Assembly: GCA_033442325.1 (NCBI GenBank) | Contig: JAWQFM010000019.1 | Span: 1,117,621-1,181,620, forward strand | DNA from: Salpingoeca rosetta | Lineage: Eukaryota > Protista > Choanoflagellata | Direction of reading: 5' to 3' | Length of the DNA stretch: 64,000 nucleotides | In this document: one piece after another, positions 21,888 to 50,777 of the stretch | How the letters are laid out: each line of letters begins with the position of its first letter | Numbering within the stretch: position 1 is the first letter of the stretch | Position numbers and translations under genes: made by a program | Notes under the pieces: model-generated | What the model was told of the DNA's origin: nothing | Database searches by the model: none | What the model saw: only the letters and a program-made list of their open reading frames with translations

Positions 21888-22163
21888 TCATTGCACCATC
21901 ATGTACCCGCGTCTGCGCTTCAAGTTGCGGTACTGCCAGATGCCAAGCACGAGCACCACAATCGCCGCGCACAGCCCAACAAACACACCTGCACACACGC
22001 ACAAGAGAGCATTGGTAAGATAAAGGGCACGGCTCATCAATTAGTGTTGGGGAAGGGGTAGGGTGCACGAATAAACACAGATGATGGTCAGACAAACAGA
22101 GAGACAAAATGAGTGAGCGAGAGAGACTCACACAGACACAAATAGACGCACACGCACACATAC

Positions 22164-22234
<71 letters not shown>

Positions 22235-23389
22235 GAGAACCACGGTGCTGACCAATGAGGGTAGCTGTTGGGACGAGTGGGTGGGAGGAGCTGCATGTGA
22301 TGAGGCTCTGTGTCTCCACCAACTCCACATGGCCCATCATGCTGCCCCACGAATTGTCCCGGCATTCATTCAGGGGAAGCTCTGTGAAGAGGGTGGCACA
22401 CTCGTCGGGGCCCTGGCACTCTGTGCCGTTGCACCACGTCATGGTGAACGTGTCGTTGTTGCTCGTGGCCAGCGCGTAGGTGAAGTTGTAGATGCCAAAG
22501 AGGCTGCTGTGGTGACACTGCTTGTCGGTTGAGCCAAAGCTGAAGCCAAACACAAGCGCCACTTCCGTGCAGTTGGCGCCTTTGCAGCCGGGCATTGGGA
22601 ACTGAACGGCCTGTTGTGACGTGTGGTTGGTGAAGGGTGAGTGGTGGCGATGAAGGGGCGGGAGGGGGGCATAGAGTAGGGGTTGGCGTGATCAGCGGAA
22701 CAAACCAACGATACACGCACACACACACGCACGCACACACACACACACACACACGCACACACCATACACACCATACACACCATACACACCTCGATTGCGG
22801 TGAGGGTAGTTCCGTCTTGGCCGTTGGTGACATAGGGCCCAACACAGGTGCCCGTCTCACGCGCACTCGTGAACGCAACAGAGAACGTGCGGGCTGCAGA
22901 TGTGCAAGTGGGGGTGGGGAGGAGGAGGAGGAAGGGATGGGGAGAAGATGACACATGTCGAAGGGAGGATGTGATGAGGTGGTGGCAGTGGAGTGCGAGG
23001 GGCGGGTTGTGTGAATGAGCGGCAACGGAAACACAAAACCACAGAGGGATAGACACACAAACATACACAGACAAAGAGAAAGAGAGAGAGAGAGAGGCAC
23101 TCACTCACACACACCACAACTCACACACACCACACACACACACACACACACGTGTATAGGAGAGTGTGCGATGTGCGTGTTCATGGTGTGGGGCTTACAT
23201 GGCTCCTTGTTCCTTGCTTGCGTGACGCAGGCATCCAAGACAAGACCTTCGTGGACATACTCGCACCTGCCATACACAATCAAACGTGTGCACACACCAG
23301 TGGGGATGTACAAAAAGGTGTTTGTGAGTGTGGTTGCAGAGGGGAGAGGGGGCCAAGCGGACGGCAGGTCTGCACACAATGAAAGACAA

Positions 23390-23427
<38 letters not shown>

Positions 23428-24009
23428 NNNNNNNNNNNNNNNNNNNNNNNNNNNNNNNNNNNNNNNNNNNNNNNNNNNNNNNNNNNNNNNNNNNNNNNNN
23501 NNNNNNNNNNNNNNNNNNNNNNNNNNNCCAGAACGGATGTCATCATCTGGCCGAGCTTGCCAAGTGCGCAATGCCTGAAGGAATGGGCGGGCCGTTGTGT
23601 GCAAGTGAGGCATACACCACGAGTAGAATCATGGCAAGGAGAGGGGTAGGGAGGGTTCATTTCCGTACTGAGGTACACACACACATACACGCACACATAA
23701 AAATACACACACGCACATATACAGACACGCACACAGACAGCACAAGCGCACAACTGAAAGCACGTTTGTCACAATGACGTACGCGTTGGTGTCGCCGACG
23801 GCGTCAAAGATGGAGAGCCACACCCGCCTCCGCGTGCATTCTACACCATCCTCCACGACGGTCCTGAGGTAAGGGTTGCTCTGCTCCAGAACACGAACGT
23901 CGCATGGAGACCAGGCGTGCGCCAACAATGCGTGCGTGCAGATGCACAGCACAGTCGACACGAGCAGTGTCCGTCGCCGTGATTGATGTTGGGGTCGTTG
24001 CGTGCGCAT
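21888..24009 (-). CDS. Uncharacterised Cys-rich type I membrane protein with a tyrosine-based sorting tail
   Basis: Signal-like MRTQ..RRRTLLVSTVLCICTHALLAHAWSPC (ATG 24009). Several Cys/N-glycosylation-rich exons (e.g. ~22245-22610). Last exon GVFVGLCAAIVVLVLGIWQYRNLKRRRGYMMVQ*. The model spans the gap at 23428. Confidence 0.65.
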
Positions 24010-24883
24010 GGCTCCAGGTTGTGTTGTGTCGATGTTGGTGTTGGTGCTGGTGTTCGTTGATGGGCAAAAGAAAAGGGGGAAGCAAGGAAGCACCGGTGTC
24101 GCCGAGCGTTGTCAAACGCAAGGACCCTGCTTGCTTGCGAGCGCGAAGGCACCCACCGGTTTGCCGCTGCAAGCAACAGCACACAAACGCACACAAACAA
24201 CAAACGCACACAAACACGCAAAGCAGCACGCGCAAAGCAAAGTAAACGAACACAACAAGCAAAAGCAACCAAGCGAACAAGCGAAGCGAGGAGGTGGAGG
24301 AAGGGAAGGGAAGGAAGGCCCTTGCACTCCACGCCAAGCCAGCAAAGGTCTACTGTGCTCTGGTATGCTCTGTTTGGTTCTGCTGTGTTGTTGTGGGGCG
24401 CTTGTGTGCTTGTGCGTGCTTGTTGTGTTGTGCTTGTGCTTGTGTGTGGGGGACAAGGCGTGGGAGAAACAAGGGAGGGGATTGTTTGGATTTGTGGAGA
24501 GGGAGGAAAATAATTGTTGCGTTTATTTTGCAGTTTGATTCGATGCGGAAAGAAGGGACGGGGGAAGAGATGAGAGGAAGCGGCTGGCTCTTGGTCCCCC
24601 AACACAAAAGCACAGACACACAAGACTCCGTGCATGCAGAGCACATGTGCACACTGGTTGCACCATCACCGAACACAAAGGAAAAGGAAGAACGAAACGT
24701 CAACAAGGGGGAGGGGGTGACAAGCTTGCTTTGCTTGAGACACAAACAACAAACAAACAGAGTGCACAGAGAGAGAGAGAGACACACACACACACAGAGT
24801 GTGTGTGCACGTGTGTGTGTGTGTGTGTGTGTGTGAGTGAGTGTGAGTGTGTGTGTGTGTGCGTGTGTGTGAGTGAGTGAGAG

Positions 24884-24915
<32 letters not shown>

Positions 24916-24952
24916 AGTGTGTGTGTGTGTGTGGGAGAGAGAAAGCTACAGT

Positions 24953-25023
<71 letters not shown>

Positions 25024-25032
25024 CAACACACT

Positions 25033-26529
25033 TCAGCTTGCGCGGGGGAGCTCGTCGTGGTAGAATGTTCTGTAGATTTGGATAAAGCGAGACCACGATG
25101 TCTCCTCAGACCCGAGAAAGGCATCCTCCCACTTGGCATACATGGTGGGCACGTTTGCGTCCCACCTGAAGATGGGACCCACGTTGTTTGCTTTCAACAT
25201 CACCATCACCACCACGGCCTTGAGCGTGTTCCACGTGCCAAACGCCTCCAGCACCAGGCTGTCGATGTTCTCCTTGTCACTCTGGTACAGCGCGTCGGAC
25301 GCATACGGCTGCCACGCGCCAGCAAAGTTGAACGGCGTCTGGTAGTCTGTGTTGCTGTCCGGGCACGCCACGTGGTACGTGGCCCCACTGGCCACCGCCC
25401 GCGCAAGCTCGAAGATGCACCACGCGCGGTCAAATGCGCCGAGGTCGCCCGCCCGCTTGCGCTGGCGCAGCCCAAAGTTGCGCATCATGATGCCCCTGGA
25501 TGGCGGTAGCACCTGGATAACAGTGCGCACCTTCTCGCCAAAGACGGCGCCCAGCTGAGAAATCTCCTCGCGCTGGACGCTCGTGCCGTCCGCGTGCTGC
25601 ACCAGCGCGAAGATGTCGAGCCAGACGTACGTGTGCCCGCTCAGCGGCGCGTGGCCGGTGTGCTTGCTCGCGTGAAGCATGTCCATCAGAAACGCCATGG
25701 TGTAGTTCCACGTGTGTGACACGGCCGCCGTGGGGACGCTGCGGTGGTCTTCTGGCACCTGCGTCCACAGGCACTGCTTCGCGTCTTCCGTTGCGGGGCG
25801 AATCACCTTGTCCACGACCTCCCGCGTTGTGATGTCCTCTGGCAGCTTGTCCTTGTGCTCCTTCCACCACTGGAACAGATATTCCAGCGAGACGCCTCGC
25901 TCTGCCACGGACGGCAGCGAACCCGCGGTGGTGGATCCATCGCCTTGATGGCTCTCGTCATCCCCACTTCTCATGGCAGCGTTGTTTGTGGCAGTGGTGG
26001 CGTCATCGTCGTTGTTGCTTGTGGTGTTGTTTTTGGCAGTGGTGGCGTCATCGTCGTTGCTGCTTGTGGTGTTGTTTTTGGCAGTGGTGGCGTCATCGTC
26101 GTTGCTGCTTGCCGCGTTGTCATGCTCGCTGCCGTTCTGGGTGCCGTTTAGGCTGTTGTTGTGGTTGGTGTCGTCGTCGGGGCTGGCTGTCTCACCTTCT
26201 ACCGTCTGCTGTGCATCATGCGGTTCACTGCTGCTGCTCCCCTGCCCGCCCTTGTCGCTTTCCTCTTGTGTTTTTTCTTCCCCCGTTACACCACCGTCTC
26301 GTGTTGCCGCTTGCTCAGCCTCTTCCATGTCCTCCTGCTGCTGTTCCTTGGGGGTGTATGGTTGCTGTTGCAGTTGGGACAGGATCGTGGTCAAGAGCTC
26401 CCAGTTGATGGGCCCGCCATCCTGCCGCTCCACAAACAGCGGATCCTCTTCTTCCTCCTTTCCCTCCTTGTCACTACCACCACCACCTTTTCTCTTTTCT
26501 CGCCTCCAACCCCTCAACCTGCGCAGCAT
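25033..26529 (-). CDS. Intronless protein: acidic/low-complexity N-terminus plus HET-like (TIR-related) domain
   Basis: Single ~498-codon ORF with RGVSLEYL, TTREVVDKVIRPAT, AVSHTW, YVWLDIFALVQH, EISQLGAVF, FDRAWCIFE, ASDA..SDKENI. The S-H-x-W / W-x-D / R-x-W-x-x-E series matches the HET-domain signature. Confidence 0.75.
   Translation of the reverse strand: MLRRLRGWRREKRKGGGGSDKEGKEEEEDPLFVERQDGGPINWELLTTILSQLQQQPYTPKEQQQEDMEEAEQAATRDGGVTGEEKTQEESDKGGQGSSSSEPHDAQQTVEGETASPDDDTNHNNSLNGTQNGSEHDNAASSNDDDATTAKNNTTSSNDDDATTAKNNTTSNNDDDATTATNNAAMRSGDDESHQGDGSTTAGSLPSVAERGVSLEYLFQWWKEHKDKLPEDITTREVVDKVIRPATEDAKQCLWTQVPEDHRSVPTAAVSHTWNYTMAFLMDMLHASKHTGHAPLSGHTYVWLDIFALVQHADGTSVQREEISQLGAVFGEKVRTVIQVLPPSRGIMMRNFGLRQRKRAGDLGAFDRAWCIFELARAVASGATYHVACPDSNTDYQTPFNFAGAWQPYASDALYQSDKENIDSLVLEAFGTWNTLKAVVVMVMLKANNVGPIFRWDANVPTMYAKWEDAFLGSEETSWSRFIQIYRTFYHDELPRAS
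25980..26111 (-). repeat. 45-bp coding tandem repeat (SSNDDDATTAKNNTT, about 3 copies)
   Basis: Unit ggcagtggtggcgtcatcgtcgttg(c/t)tgcttgtggtgttgttttt repeated on the + strand. Confidence 0.85.
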
Positions 26530-26610
26530 CGTTGGTGTTCCTTGTTCAAATGGCAGTGACACATGCACAGCGGTTAGCGCGGCGGGAGTTTGCAAGTGGG
26601 AGTACACACG

Positions 26611-26682
26611 GGTGTCCTAGAGCACCAAATTCAACCCCTCTCCTCGGGAAGGTCTGAGGTTCGAGTCCTGATGGCGACATCA
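26611..26682 (+). pseudogene. Degenerate tRNA-like / Pol III B-box element
   Basis: 72 nt. 5' GGTGTC can pair with 3' GACATC(A). GGTC then AGG-TTCGAGT-CCT T-arm (B box GGTTCGAGTCC). TTTT at 26698-26701. The D arm and anticodon stem (loop CTCCTCG) pair poorly. Confidence 0.35.
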
Positions 26683-27060
26683 GCTGAAAACGTGATGTTT
26701 TCTCGTTGCGGGAAACCGCGAGCTGCCATACCAGCAAGCCTGTTTGACTTGGCCTGCTCCCATCGCAGCCCCTATTCGCTCGTTGACGTGCTGGTGCACG
26801 GAGAGCAGTGGCCGTGGTGGGTCGCTTGAAACGCGTGGCAGCGGCTGGCTCATGCAGTTCAATATGCAAAGGCCCTTGACTCTGTCGAGGGTGAACCCAA
26901 TTCAGACTACTCCTCGCCGCGCTCCCTTCTTCCCTTCTTTTTTTTTTTTTTTTTTTTGTTGCTTCGTTTGGATTTCGTCTGACTCATCATACTGCGTTGT
27001 TTATTTTTCGCACACACACCACAACCAAGCACAACAACCAAGCAAGGAGCAACAGCGAAG

Positions 27061-27807
27061 ATGAGTGATGATGACAACGACAGCAAGGTGGTGGAGGAGA
27101 TGATGGAGCAAGAAGCGACGGATGGGGGACAGAGGGAAGACGCAGCAAGGGACATGGCGGTTGAGGAAGAGGCGAACAGCCTGGGCAAGCAAGAGCAAGA
27201 GAAAGCGGGGGTGATGGAGCAAGCGCAGATGGAGGAGAAGGAGGCCAAGAAGAACGAGGCGGAAGACAACGCATCCCAGCCCGTTCACGTTGATGGTGAT
27301 GCACAAGCACAGACAGAGGAGCAGGAGCAGGAGGAGGAGGGGCCGGATAAGAACACACAGTCCCGCACGCACCAAGTGCAAGTGGAGGCGGCTGAGTGCG
27401 GCCATCATGGCACAACAGCAGAAGAAGCACAACAACAACAGTCACAACAGCAGCAGCAGCCACCAGCACCGCAGGCTGAGGAACAAAAGGACTCACCTCA
27501 AGAGCCACCTGCACAGCCACAACAACAGCAGTCGCAACAGTCGCAGCAACAACAACAACAACAGCAGTCGCAACAGTCGCAACAGTCGCAGTCGCAGCAG
27601 CAACAGCCGTCTCCTGCTCCAGCGGCTGCTGTGGAACATGACGTGTACCCTGTCAAGTGGATTACCTTCAACTCCCACCACATCCCCATCTTATGTACGT
27701 ACATCTGCCGCAACCACCTTATCAAGCGTTGTGCATCCTCCTGTCCTATCTCGCTCCTCCTTCCTTCTCAGGCCTGCTCATCCACCTCAACCACACCCAC
27801 ACCCACC

Positions 27808-27850
<43 letters not shown>

Positions 27851-27906
27851 CACACACACACACACACCACACACACACACACACACACATACACACACAC
27901 ACACAC

Positions 27907-27952
<46 letters not shown>

Positions 27953-28270
27953 CACACACACACACGCACACACGTTCATTCGTTCACAGGTCAAAATGAG
28001 AATGGTGCATGTCCCATCTTGGCCATTGCCAACGTGCTGTTGCTGCGCCAACGCATCACCCTTCCACAGAACGTGGGCGAGATCACCTTTGACCGTCTGG
28101 TGCAGGTGCGACTGCAGTCCCCGCCACCTCGTTTGTTCAACGCACATCTGACGTTTGCACTGCTCTTGTGGCTTGTCTGTCAAGCAAGGCGGTCTCCTTC
28201 GTCTGCGCATGCCTGGCTGTGTTTGTCTCTGGCCTCTGTTGCCGGCACTCGTTTGCACACACACATGCGC

Positions 28271-28323
<53 letters not shown>

Positions 28324-28641
28324 CGCACACGCACACACACATGCGCACACATACCCAGAAGCCACATACCCACATGCACAAACGTCCCCCGCCCTTCCCC
28401 TTCCTGTCCCCACTTCCTGTCCCCCTTATTCACCTTGACACAGATGGTGTCGGACCTGTTGTGGGACGAGGACACGACGCGGCTGACAGACGTTGAGCGG
28501 GCAGCGCGCGAGCACTCCATCACCGCCGCCATGGAGGTACTGCCCCGCATGAAGTACGGACTTGACATCAACCTCCGCTTCCAATCGCCCACCAGCTTCG
28601 AGTTTACGCAGGAGCTCAGCGTCTTTGATCTCTTCAACATC

Positions 28642-28680
<39 letters not shown>

Positions 28681-29536
28681 TGTGTCTGTGTCTGTGTGCC
28701 TGTGTGTGTGTCTGTGTCTGTGTCTGCCTGCCTGTCTGTCTGTCTGTCTGTCTGCGTGCTCCAGCCCTGGTGTGGGAGGAGTTTTGGTTCCTGTCTGTGG
28801 GCTTGGTTGCCGGGGTACATTGTGCCACTCACACAACCCCCTTCTTCTCCAATGTATCATTCTTGCAGTCTGTATCACGGGTGGGTCGTTGATCCCCAGG
28901 AAACCGACGTCTTTCCTCTCCTTGAAAACAAGAGCTACAACCAGGTGTGTATGTGTGTGTGCAACACGCTGTGCCTAGTTGTACCACATGTGACACATCA
29001 TTCACGAATGTTTGTCACCCCGCGCACACTCACCCATGCACGCACACTCACGCGGCAGGTGATTGAGGCTGTGGCGATGGCGATGGACGATGGCGCAACA
29101 GAGGAGCAGCGCACGCGTGCTCACGTGATCAAGGCCTGGCATGACGCAACATCGTCGCAGGTCCATTATGAACGAAGCCTGCGCAAGCAGTGTTTGTGCT
29201 TGTGTTTGTGTGCACTTGTTATTTGCTCTTTGCCTGTGAAGGGTGTCTGTTTATGTGTCACGCCAGCTGCCCCGCCCCCTCCCCTCTTCCTCACATGATC
29301 TGACTCAACATCCTTCACACAACAACAACAATTGCACCACTGTCACTGATGCTACAGCTGACATACTACGGGCTGGCTGAGATCACGCAGACAATGCAGC
29401 CAGGCGCTCTGGCTGTTCTCTTCCGCAACAACCATTTCTCTGTCATCCACAAGCACAACAACATGCTCCTCACTCTCGTCACAGACGCAGGCTTCAGGGG
29501 CGTTCCCGTTGTATGGGTGAGCCTTCAAGCATGCCT

Positions 29537-29607
<71 letters not shown>

Positions 29608-29968
29608 GTGTGTGTGTGCGTGTGTGCGTGTGTGTGTGTGCGTGTGTGTGTGCGTGTGCGTGTGCGTGTGCGTGCGTGTGCGTGTGCGTGTGCGTGCGTG
29701 TGCGTGTGCGTGTGTGGTGTTGTTGTGCCCGGTCCTCAACTGTTCGTGCCCCTCACCCTGAAACAACTGCGCACGCGCACACATGTGCGACCATGCACGC
29801 TCCTTGCTCCCCTGCGCCATAATCAGGAAACGCTCAACAACGTCGAGGGCGACAGCGAATTTCTCACGGCAGACTTTACGCGTCCGTCTGATCTCTCCTC
29901 ATACACGGAAGCAGGCGCCACCGCCTTTGAGTCCCCACTCCAACAGCAACAGGTGCGCATGTGTGTTC

Positions 29969-30029
<61 letters not shown>

Positions 30030-30645
30030 AGTGCATTACGTGTTCATATGTGTATGTGTGTGTGTGTGTTTGGGGACATTCTTGCCCTTCATTGGCCACG
30101 ATTGCTTGCCAACTTTGTTCTTGGTGCTGACATATGTCTCACCCACCACCTTCACCCTACCCTGTCGTCCTCAACCCCAGCGCATCGCTGACGAGGAGCT
30201 GGCGCGACAGCTGCAGGAACAGGAGCAGCTGATGGCCGCACAGCAGCAGCAGCAACGTGGTGGTGGACAGCACCCACGGCGCCAGCAACCGCAGTCTCAG
30301 GCCCAGCAGCAGCAGCAGCAGCAGCAACAACAACAACAGCAGCAATGGCAGCAGCAGGCACGCCCACCAGCAGCCACCACAACACCGTCGTCATCACACA
30401 CAGCACCGCAATCAGCGGCTCCCGATGTATCGTCAGATGAAATGCTTGCACGCGCACTGCAGGCACAGGAAAACCAAGCAGCAGAGCAGCAGCAACGGCA
30501 ACAACAACAACAACAGCAGCAGCAACAGCAGCAACGCAGATCACCACGGCAGCAGCGACGCCAGCCACCGCCCCAACAACAGGCGCGCGCACAGCAGCAG
30601 CAGCAGCGGGATGCGGGCGGCGGTTCCAGGTGCACGATACAATGA
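27061..30645 (+). CDS. MINDY1: MINDY1/2 (FAM63A/B) K48 deubiquitinase with two MIU motifs and a CaaX box
   Basis: [24 protein letters not shown] (catalytic Cys), [52 protein letters not shown] (catalytic His), [22 protein letters not shown]. MIUs [12 protein letters not shown] and [12 protein letters not shown]. Ends CTIQ*. Confidence 0.93.
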
Positions 30646-31246
30646 CATGCTTAACGTCGATCAGTGTCTTGTTTCTGGTTCTTCATTCATCAACTGGACA
30701 CTTCTTACCTGCTTCTTGTGGCGCTTGCTCTGTTGGCTGGCTGAGACTTGGTGTACAACACATCGCTTTGAATTGTTTGTGTGTTTGGTTGATTGTTTGC
30801 TTGCGTGCGGATTTGTGTTTGTTTCATGGGCGTTTCATGGGGCAGCAGGTAACAGCGGGGGGCAAGGTTGGGTAAGGCACGAAATGAAAACACTGAAGAA
30901 GCACAGTCGAATATGCGAAGAAAAGCAGCAAGCAAGCAAGCAAGCTACGAATGAGCAGAACACACACACACACATGCACGGAAACCGCAACACAGCTGGC
31001 ACACGTGAAAGTGTTGGACAAGAACACCACAGACAAGCGTGGAATGTAACACATGTGAGGACCAAAAAGGGAAAAGCAGAAAGGAAGAACTGGGTCTGTG
31101 ACCTTGAGTGGCAGGCGTGAGGACAGCCCATGAGAGAACACAACAAATGTTGATGGTGCTGCTGATGCTGATCACTTTCGTGAAATGGTGACATCGTGAC
31201 ATTGTGACATGGTCATGTATGGATGTCACCCCAGAAGCGTCTCATC

Positions 31247-31284
<38 letters not shown>

Positions 31285-31340
31285 CATCATCAACACCGAC
31301 AACGTTCGAGAATGCGAGCGGCAGCGTCGCAGTACGCATG

Positions 31341-41346
<10,006 letters not shown>

Positions 41347-41531
41347 GACTGCGGTGGTGCCCTCAGCTGCCAATCAATCAAGCGCAGACCAGTCCCAGCA
41401 GAGCGAGTGCAAGGCAAGCTGTCTCCACTTGCTTGCTCGTCAGTTTTTGTGGCGCTTGGATGCGAGCAATTGTGACGATTCGCTTTCACACCAACAAATC
41501 ATCGGCAAACTGGGCTGTTGTTGTGTTGTTG

Positions 41532-41601
<70 letters not shown>

Positions 41602-41653
41602 TGTGGGTTGTGTGTGTGTGGGTTGTGTGTGTGTGTGTGTGGTGTGTTGTGTG

Positions 41654-41711
<58 letters not shown>

Positions 41712-42263
41712 GGTGTTTGACATCCTCGTCTTGACGGCACTTCAGCTGCCATCGTGCATGAGACAGACGACGAAGACAAGAAGCAGGAGGAAAGAACGTT
41801 TACTGTCACCCTTCTACCCTTGAGCACACACGCGCAACGTAACACAAATACACACACGCACACACAAGCTGTCACGCGTCTGCTGTTGAGAGGAGATCGA
41901 GATACAACGCCGTGTGCAAGTCACGCAAGTTCTGTCTAAAGAGGGCACGGTGGCGGCTCGCGCCGGGGTCATAGTTGGGGCGGCGTTGGCCTGCTGCTGT
42001 TGCTGCTGTTGCTGCTGTTGCTGCACCAAAGCGCGCCCGTTCGTCTCTGTTTGCTATTGCTGCTGCTGCTGCTGCTTGTGTGGTGCTGGGTGGCCGTGCG
42101 TTGTCCCTTGATGTTGCGCGTGTGCGATGGCGAGAAGGGTGTGTTGCGTGCTGGTGGTTGTGTGTCTCTGCGGCGATGAACGTGCGGCTGGCGCTGGGGC
42201 TCATCCACCGCTGCTCTGGCGCGACTGGCACACTGCATTCCGTTCAATGCGACCGCATATGTA

Positions 42264-42308
<45 letters not shown>

Positions 42309-42462
42309 ACGCGTGTGTGTTGAGTGTGTGTGTGTGTGTGAGTGTGTGTGTGTGTTTGAGTGTGTGTGTGATGACGTGAGATAAGTGCACTGCAACATGA
42401 AGCTGAAAACACACGACGTGAACAGAAACAAACATCCACCGCCAACCAACGCGCCGCTGCTC

Positions 42463-48910
<6,448 letters not shown>

Positions 48911-50462
48911 CGTCGTGCGTGCGCGTGCGTGTGTGTGTGTGTGCAGGGTGAAGGGTGAACAAGGAGCGAGCTGGAGGAGTGGTCTTGTCTCTGTTGCAGC
49001 TGTGAGCTGGATGTTGTTGTTCTTCCTTCTCCTCTTCCGCCAACTCCTGCCAGATTTTGCCGAGTCAGCAACAACTGTTAAAAGTGCAACGAATTCCCAG
49101 CACTGCCTCCGCGACGGTTGTAGATTATTGTTGGGAGATACCGGCAACTATTCTCTTTTCGCTGTTTGTTTTTTGTTGTTCCACACACCTCTCTCTCTCC
49201 TCTCTCTCTTCTGGTGTTCAACTCGCTCGCTCGCCCAACAACAACAAACAACAGCACACACACACCGCAAAAGAAGCAACATCAAAGGCAACAGCAAGGT
49301 AAGACCTCCTCCCTCCACCATGCCCAGCTGGCTGGCCGGCTGGTTGGTTGTCAGTATGGCAGCCGATGGCAGTGCGCAGGGGGTGACGACGGTGCTGTTC
49401 AATGCCTTTGTCTGGTTTCGGTGGTTTGACGCACCAAACATGGCATGTTCTCGAGCGAACAAAACGCCATCAACCACTCTGCTTGACCCAGCCGCATTCC
49501 TTTTGTCTGGCTCGCTCGTCAGTTTTTTTTTTTCTCTCTCTCTCCTCTTGATGTGGTTGTCGTCGCCTACCTTGTCTTGCTTGCTTTGCTTGTCCATCTC
49601 TCTGTCTGTCTGTCTGTGGCCTCTCTTCCACACGCGCACGCCTTTGTTCCATTAGCTTCCGTGGCGTGGACAAACACTCAAACCCGCACGCACATCACAC
49701 ACACACACACGCACACACGCACACACACAAACACACACTCTCTCTCTTCTGTCCCTTCCTGTTTTGTGCAAAGCAGCGGTACGGTTGTTCGTTTGTGTGC
49801 GTGCACTGCATTCCAATAGGTTTCGGTTGGTGTGTGGTGGTGGGCGTGCGATCGATTGGGGGGCCAAGGGCGAATCGGGTGGGGGGAAAAACTGGCAGCC
49901 AACACAAACAACCACCCCCGTCCGTGTTGATGTGTTTGCACTCCTCTCCTGCCGACACTCATTTCTTGCACCACAGTCAACGCTTTGACTTCTCTTTCCG
50001 CCACCTCCTCGCCACCTCCTCTCCACCACTCTCCCCCATATCACGCACCACCATCACTGATCACCCACACGCTGGTTGATTGATTGGTTGGTTGGTTGAT
50101 TGATTACTCACACATTGTTCTCCACCACCACCACCACCACCCCCACCCCTTGGTGATCCACCATCCATCGCACCATCGTTTTCGGGACTGCCCTTTCGTT
50201 GTGGTGTACATCCCTCTCCTCAACCACAACTGCGCATACCAACTCGCCGCCAACCGTCCACGCACACACACGAACCAACCAACCCGACCCGCGTTCGGCC
50301 TTCCCTTTTGACTTCGTGATGCTGCCTGCTCACGGCGTGCGTATTAAACACACGGCCGCGTCTCTGCACGACAGGTATCGCGAGCGATCCACCTCGAAGC
50401 GCGCCGCCGCCACATCCACAGCCGCAGACCTTCCCCTTCCTCAGGGCACAACTCGAACCATC

Positions 50463-50722
50463 ATGGACGACGACAGCAGGCGTCGCACCACATCCTTTGT
50501 TGACCCTGCTGAGATGCAGGAAGGCAACGACAAGTACGACCCACTCACAGGCGCAATGGACGGCATGAACGTCAACGGTGCGTTTGTTCCTGTGCATGAT
50601 TATTTGTGTCTGTGTGTGTCGGTGTTGTGGTTGGTTGTGTGATAATGTGCGTTTGTGTTTGTTTGTTAGTTTATGTGCTTGCATGCATGATTGCGTGTAT
50701 GTCTGTGTTGTCTGTGGTTTGA

Positions 50723-50777
<55 letters not shown>

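Noticed and set aside
26611-26682. Functional tRNA-Arg(CCT)
   Set aside because: The D arm lacks the conserved GG and pairing, the anticodon stem has mismatches, and extra bases follow the T arm. Kept only as tRNA-like.
41872-42231. 119-aa minus-strand ORF as an independent gene
   Set aside because: No recognisable domain or clear start. It may be a terminal exon of the pseudokinase-PDZ gene, but this cannot be resolved from sequence alone.
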